The translations under genes were made by a program, and so were the position numbers. From Takakia lepidozioides (lineage: Eukaryota > Plantae > Bryophyta), in contig CM060732.1 in the NCBI GenBank assembly GCA_030704615.1, positions 49,042,001 to 49,106,000 on the forward strand: a stretch of 64,000 nt of DNA, given 5' to 3'. The first letter of the stretch is position 1, and each line of letters begins with the position of its first letter. The notes under the pieces were generated by a model, which was not told the origin of the DNA, ran no database searches, and saw only the letters and a list, made by a program, of their open reading frames with translations. This document shows positions 58,807 through 64,000 of this stretch, piece by piece.

Positions 58807-59445
58807 CGCGGTAACGATCATCGTGGAGGGTGATTGGAGGGCACAGGCTCCGGGATATGGTAATTCCACAGGTTTCTTATGCCGTAGTGGTATTTCTGAT
58901 GATGGAAGCTCGGAGTAATCGCAACACAAAATAAAAACTAGTGGTTGCCTGATGTTTTTATTTCGAGCGTCATGTCAATGTGGGCTTGATGTTGAGTTGA
59001 ATGGGGTTTGCAAGTTCAACTGTCGTCTGACCCTAAACATATTACCTTGTCAGCACAATGGCTTGTGAGGGCTACAATTTTGTGTCTCTTTCCTGTCCTG
59101 CACAATGTTTTACAGTGGTGACGTGGAATAACAACGCCGAAATACCCCATTCCGCATCCTGGACCAGGAGAAACAGACCCTATTATCGAGGTAAGAGGAC
59201 ATAACACCGTCAATAAAGGCACGAAAATTCCAATTCCACATATGCCCGCTCATGAGCTCATAGGCTCATGGGCTCAAACCTCCACTCGAAGGCTAGCCAA
59301 CGCAAAGGCTGAAGATTGACAGGTCATTTCTAGAAAGAGGCTATAAACAGTGACAACTTGTTGGGCCCATGTTTGAGGAATAAGAGATTTTGAAAGCCAC
59401 CCACTGTCATACCATCTGCTCTCCAATGGTTCAGGACAGTGGCCT

Positions 59446-61544
59446 TCATTCTTGTGCTAGGTGGTCATTACTCTCAAGGGCAGCATCCACGGCCAGCTTT
59501 ACGTCAGTCTCCAACTCCTGAGCCTCATCTTCATCAGCCCCCCCATCCTTGGTTGCTGCCAGTTCGCTCTCATCCAGGTCTGCATTGGTCTTGCTGTCTT
59601 CCAAGTCAGCATCAACTTTGCTATCCTCTAAATCAGCATCAGCCTTGCTGTCCCCAGTGTACTCCTCACTCCTGTCATCCTTGATACCTTCACCATGATC
59701 TACCTCCTTTCTGTCCTTCTCCTGCTCTTCAGATGCAAGGACTTTGTCGCTCACCTCCATAGCTGTCTCTGAGATGTCATCTTTCTGCTGTTCCTGATCT
59801 TCTCCACCTAGGGTTTTGTCCTTACTAATTGTTGTGCCCCTCTCCTTCCCATCTGTAACTTCTTCCACCTCAGAGAAGGTATTCTGTTGCTCGGCAGGCT
59901 GCAATTTCCCCTTGGCTTGCGCAAGCTGCTCATTAACCTTAGAGATCTTAGATTGCTGCTCCTTCAATCTCTCCCGGAGGGCTATAACCTCGTTGGCCTT
60001 TTCTTTACTCAGCTGCTTGTGCTGACCCTTCTCCTCTCGGCAGGTGGTAAGAAGCTTTAGGCTATCTTCAAAAGAGTGCTTGAAATGCTCCAGCTCAATC
60101 ACCTGATGGCTCAACTTCTCCTTCTCTTCAGTTATCTTGGCGAGCTTCTTTTTTGATGACTGGACATCCTTCTGAAACAAGTTACACTTCCAGGTTATGC
60201 AACCAAAGCAGCTAAGAATGCAAGTCAATCTTAGCATGTACCAGTGCTACTGCCAACCCTATTTGCATGAAGGTATGCCACCACCATTTGCATCTGCAAG
60301 AAGTGGGTAGTAGAAACTGACAGAAGAACCAGACAGAAAAGAAATTTAGCAGAGTTTGAACCTTTCAACCCTAACTTAATTCAGATCAAATGTAAGACCA
60401 TGGCCAGACTCCTACCCAACTCTGATGGAAGGTGACCAAAACCAGACAATAAGCTGGTGTGCCCAACCAAATCCATGGCTGATTATGAGCCCACTTTGAT
60501 AAGGACCTGCACTCAACAGAGTGAAGACCATATGCAATGACAAAAACCACCTGTGACTTCACTAGACAGCCACTGGCCTCCTACGTGATGGGTAGAAAAC
60601 AATCTGTCTCTGCAACAGAAAGGAGTCGCTTGGTAAATCACTCTGCAAATAGATTCCATCACTGAAAAAGTGTCAGGAATCTATGTTAAGATTTGTGATT
60701 CTCCCACATTAATGCTGAAAGGTGTAAATTGCATTTAGTCTGCTGATTTATAGCTCATGCTGCATATGGGTTTGATATTCGAAGAAAATTAGGATGTTCA
60801 TTCCTCACTCAAGCAGGTAGTACTGAGAGATACTGTCCCCAAATTTTCACAAGGAACAGGGCCTGTGGAGGGATGGAATCCGATTTGGCTACTAATTGCG
60901 ACTATGCAAGGCAATGTTACAGTTGCAGAAAGAAAGCCAATCGTGCGTTCTTTCCTGGCTTCAGGATGTCATCTAACTGGCCCCATCTCACATTAAAGAA
61001 GACCAGAAAAATTAGCAGATATGAATGCAAGGGCAATGAATCCAAGGAGAGGCGAGGACTGGCCACCCAGTTGCCAACACATTTCATGTGTAAAAGTAAG
61101 AGATTGACCAAACTTCGGATAAAATTGGTTATTTGAACTGGCAGGGGGGCGAGCGTCTGGGACATGATTCTTGAGTGAGTGTATTAGTTGATAACCCTTC
61201 GTACGATGCCTGTGAAACCGTCAAGTATGCTGCTTTGACAGTCCTGTCATTTGAACAGCATTCTAGTCTCTAAGTCACTCCTCTCTGCCCGTGAAAGGCA
61301 TGGAGCCGTCAAAAATTGCAAGCTTCACAAAAACTGCCTCTGAGACAAGACGTAGAAGACGACAAGGGGAGAGAGAACAAACTTGGCATTGCAGCTTGAG
61401 ACGGTCGATCTCGTTTTCCTTTTCGAGCAAAAGCGCATAGGCAGTCTTCCGCTCCTTGAGAGTTTGGAAGCCTACCAGACCCACTAGTGCAAACGCCACA
61501 ACCAACAGTATCATGTATGAAGGTACCCTCCCGCGCCCAGCCAT
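59446..61544 (-). CDS. Host gene: N-terminal transmembrane anchor + coiled coil + acidic repeat tail (uncharacterised plant protein)
   Basis: Exon 1 61544-61383 MAGRGRVPSYMILLVVAFALVGLVGFQTLKERK..; exon 2 60171-59446 KDVQSSKKKL..; GT-AG phase-0 intron; three DADLE/D repeats. Confidence 0.75.
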
Positions 61545-62269
61545 GGTTCCTCCCCCTCTTACCTGCACCTGATTACTTACCCGAACCCACAAATCCTTTC
61601 AAACTATCTTCTTTCCTGCGCTCTCTGCGCACAAACATGCATCTTTCTCTCCCTCTCTGTCTCTCTCCCTCACAGCTTACAATCCTGCCCCATGCATGCA
61701 CCACCTTAAAATACTCTGCCTAAATACCTCCCGCGCAAGCCCTTGGCTTTCCTGCTATCCTTCGTGACACCGACCGCGCGTGCCGGGATGAATGATGGAT
61801 GAATGATGTCAAGTCAGAGATGGGCGACTCAAGCATCCTTGGCAGGGTCATTTCACCGAGAAAGAGGGAAAAGACAGAAACAAGAAAAGGTGCTGAGGTA
61901 GGTTAGGGTTTGGAGACTTGGAAGCGTCACACGTAGTGGTATTGAAGCAACGGGCATTCCAAGCTCTCTCATGCTGCTACCTAGTTGATGACTTTGGCCA
62001 CTAACACTATGCTCAATTCTACCAAAGACATGCTTTCACTTGAGGAAACAAAGTCCAAACCTTTCAGCTACAGAGGGGAATGTTGTTTTCATGAAAATGC
62101 TTAGATGCCCTTTCAATGAGGGAAAGTTCAGCACTTGAGTCTAGCAGTCTTTTAGTTGATAGCCTCAGAGTATACTGTAAGGGCTGGAGCTGCACCCTAA
62201 GTGTGCACAAGGAATGCATAGCAGCAACGTAGTCGTGAGGTCTTAGAACAAGGCTGATGTCTGAAGATG

Positions 62270-63908
62270 TCAATCCTTGACATCTGCAATACCTCCTGGA
62301 GTGATCTGAAAGACGTGAACTGAATGTTAAGGCCACCTCAATTCTTTTTCTCCCCCACCCCCCGGTTTCCCCATCCTTTCTCTCCTTGTTTGTAACGAGG
62401 GAAGGGGAAACAGGACTTGCAGATCAAGCCAAGCTATAAAAACGGACCTCTCTCGTGTCTGTATCTCTTGGGCTGCTAGTCTCTTTCTTGTTTCATGCTT
62501 TCTCTTGTCCCAGGAGCTCTTCGAGCTTTCCTCGGACGTTATAAAGTTTCGTTTCATTTCATTTCATTTCTCATCTCATTTCTGATTCTTTTTTGGGTAG
62601 TCTGCTCAGCGAGAGGCTTTCTTCGATAGCATCAAACAGACCAGTGAGTACGCAGCTGATTCAAGAGCACCCTCAGGCTGCACACAAACAGGTATGAATT
62701 AAGAAGGATATAGCTTCAGATTCCGGCAGATTTGGGGCATCATAGATTTTGCAGATACGCTGCTCCCCTTTGCCCTTTCTTAGCATGAGCCTCACGGTGG
62801 ATGCATGGGCCAGGACATGACCGCCAGCAGGCTTCTTCGGATCAGCAACAAACGTTCCTCCACCAGGATCAGCAATCACTGCATCACCCTTCACTCTAAT
62901 TAAAATTACATTATCATTACTTCTTTTTTAACGTCATGAATATGTTCCATCAAGCAGTGATGGCAGATGGTGGAGCGTGATGTTGAAGAAGGTACGAGTC
63001 TACTTACCTTGGTTGGTCATAAACACAGCTACATTGAACTCGTCAGCAATTTTTGTCAGTCTTGAAAGCATTTGAGCCAGTTTTTGCTGCAGCGGACAGT
63101 CGAACAAGTGACACATGTTGAACAACTGAGATAATTCGAAAATGGCAAGAGGGAAGACCATGCCTGTGCAAAACCTAGTCCGAGCATAGTAAACAAGTAT
63201 CAACGAGAAGCTTCCAAAGTGGCAGATGTAGTACCTGTCGCTCGGCAAGCTCTCCTCGTCCTGTGAAGTCCACTCTGAACAGAGCTGTAATAGAGTCGAC
63301 AATCTACAAGTAATATCACACACCAGAAGCAGCTTGAAGCTTTGAGAAATAATATAATGAAGCCCCCTTAAGTGTACCTTCACGTTCGAACGAATGTAGG
63401 ACATTTTTTGCACATTTGCTTGGTCCAGAAACTACACTACTCTCACTTCGGCACGGAATCTAGTTGTTGGCTCTCAAGCGTATTTGCATTGCAAAATTCA
63501 AAGGGGTTTGCCAGGTGAAGTAGAGTGATAAATACTGAACATACCAGCAGTCGGAAAGGTTCCTCAGCCATCTTAGCAGCCAAGCCAACCAGCAAGTTAA
63601 ACTGGTGTTCATGAGTGTAAGCTCGGGCATACACAATCTGGCCCAGACATCAAAGCATTTTGCCTAATGAGAATATCACATTTATGGAAATTAGCTCAAA
63701 TCATGGTTCCTGCTCAACAGTGTAACATTGACTTGTTCAAAGATTCGATAAAGACATCAAGAACTACACAGATGGAATCGTTTACTGATCATCTTGCAGC
63801 TAATAATGAGAACCAGCTCAGTTAGGGGAATACAAAATTACATTATCGAGAACAGCGTTGACATCCAGCCCAAATCGCTCAGCAATGGGAACGATGCGAT
63901 CAGGTCGA
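62270..63908 (-). CDS. DMC1: Meiotic recombinase DMC1, 3' exons (gene continues beyond the window)
   Basis: Exons 63842-63908, 63545-63637, 63235-63303, 63008-63086, 62712-62878 and 62270-62314: [77 protein letters not shown]. Confidence 0.95.
62315..62711 (-). other. U12-type AT-AC intron (last intron of DMC1)
   Basis: 5' site ATATCCTT at 62711, branch site CCTTAAC at 62332-62326, 3' AC at 62316-62315; removal restores ..PESEA|VFQIT.. Confidence 0.9.
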
Positions 63909-64000
63909 CTGAGGTTTCACTGTTAAGAATTAAACCGTACATTCTCTCTGTCAACCAAAATATAGCTAATTCACATCAGTTACAGATATGTGGGATGGAT

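Larger units (their letters stand above)
45065..59282. mobile_element. ~14.2-kb Mutator-like element carrying ParB-MTase cargo
   Basis: Flanking direct repeat cactcgaa(a) 45056-45064 / cactcgaa(g) 59283-59291; perfect 20-bp inverted repeat atgagctcatgagcgggcat (45081-45100 vs 59242-59261); both ends begin with G-rich sequence; MULE transposase inside. Confidence 0.8.

Noticed and set aside
58882-58889. CCGTAGTG as a CACTA right end pairing with CACTACAGG at 44513
   Set aside because: No matching 3-bp TSD or extended TIR; the 8-bp direct repeat plus 20-bp inverted repeat at 45056/59290 explains the element better

Overview
Eukaryotic (land-plant; compact GT-AG introns, lineage not identifiable from sequence alone) transposon-rich window ending in host genes. 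Most notable: DNA transposons carrying chromatin/DNA-modification cargo. A ~14.2 kb Mutator-like element (45065-59282, flanked by an 8-bp direct repeat CACTCGAA, with a 20-bp subterminal inverted repeat) encodes a GCM-like/MULE-DDE/SWIM transposase and, head-to-head with it, a spliced gene fusing a ParB/Sulfiredoxin-like domain to a beta-class amino (N6A/N4C) DNA methyltransferase-like domain. Between the two genes lies a ~63-bp-phased array of a palindrome (ATTTCGGCGCCGAAAT) that recurs in the gene's introns. The same transposase plus ParB-MTase layout occurs a second time (20898-30373) with a different palindrome array, and a third truncated ParB copy lies next to a CACTA terminus (33029) that interrupts a hAT transposase. 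The left part has CACTA TnpA- and TnpD-like genes, two SET-domain fragments and a LINE-fragment/fold-back repeat family. Host-like sequence: a 2.2 kb inverted duplication carrying intronless ELF1, a PLATZ pseudogene, a possible KASH-tailed gene, a TM/coiled-coil gene, and the 3' part of DMC1 with a U12 AT-AC intron. Most TE ORFs carry stops or frameshifts. All domain calls are motif recognition by eye, not database searches; many boundaries are approximate.
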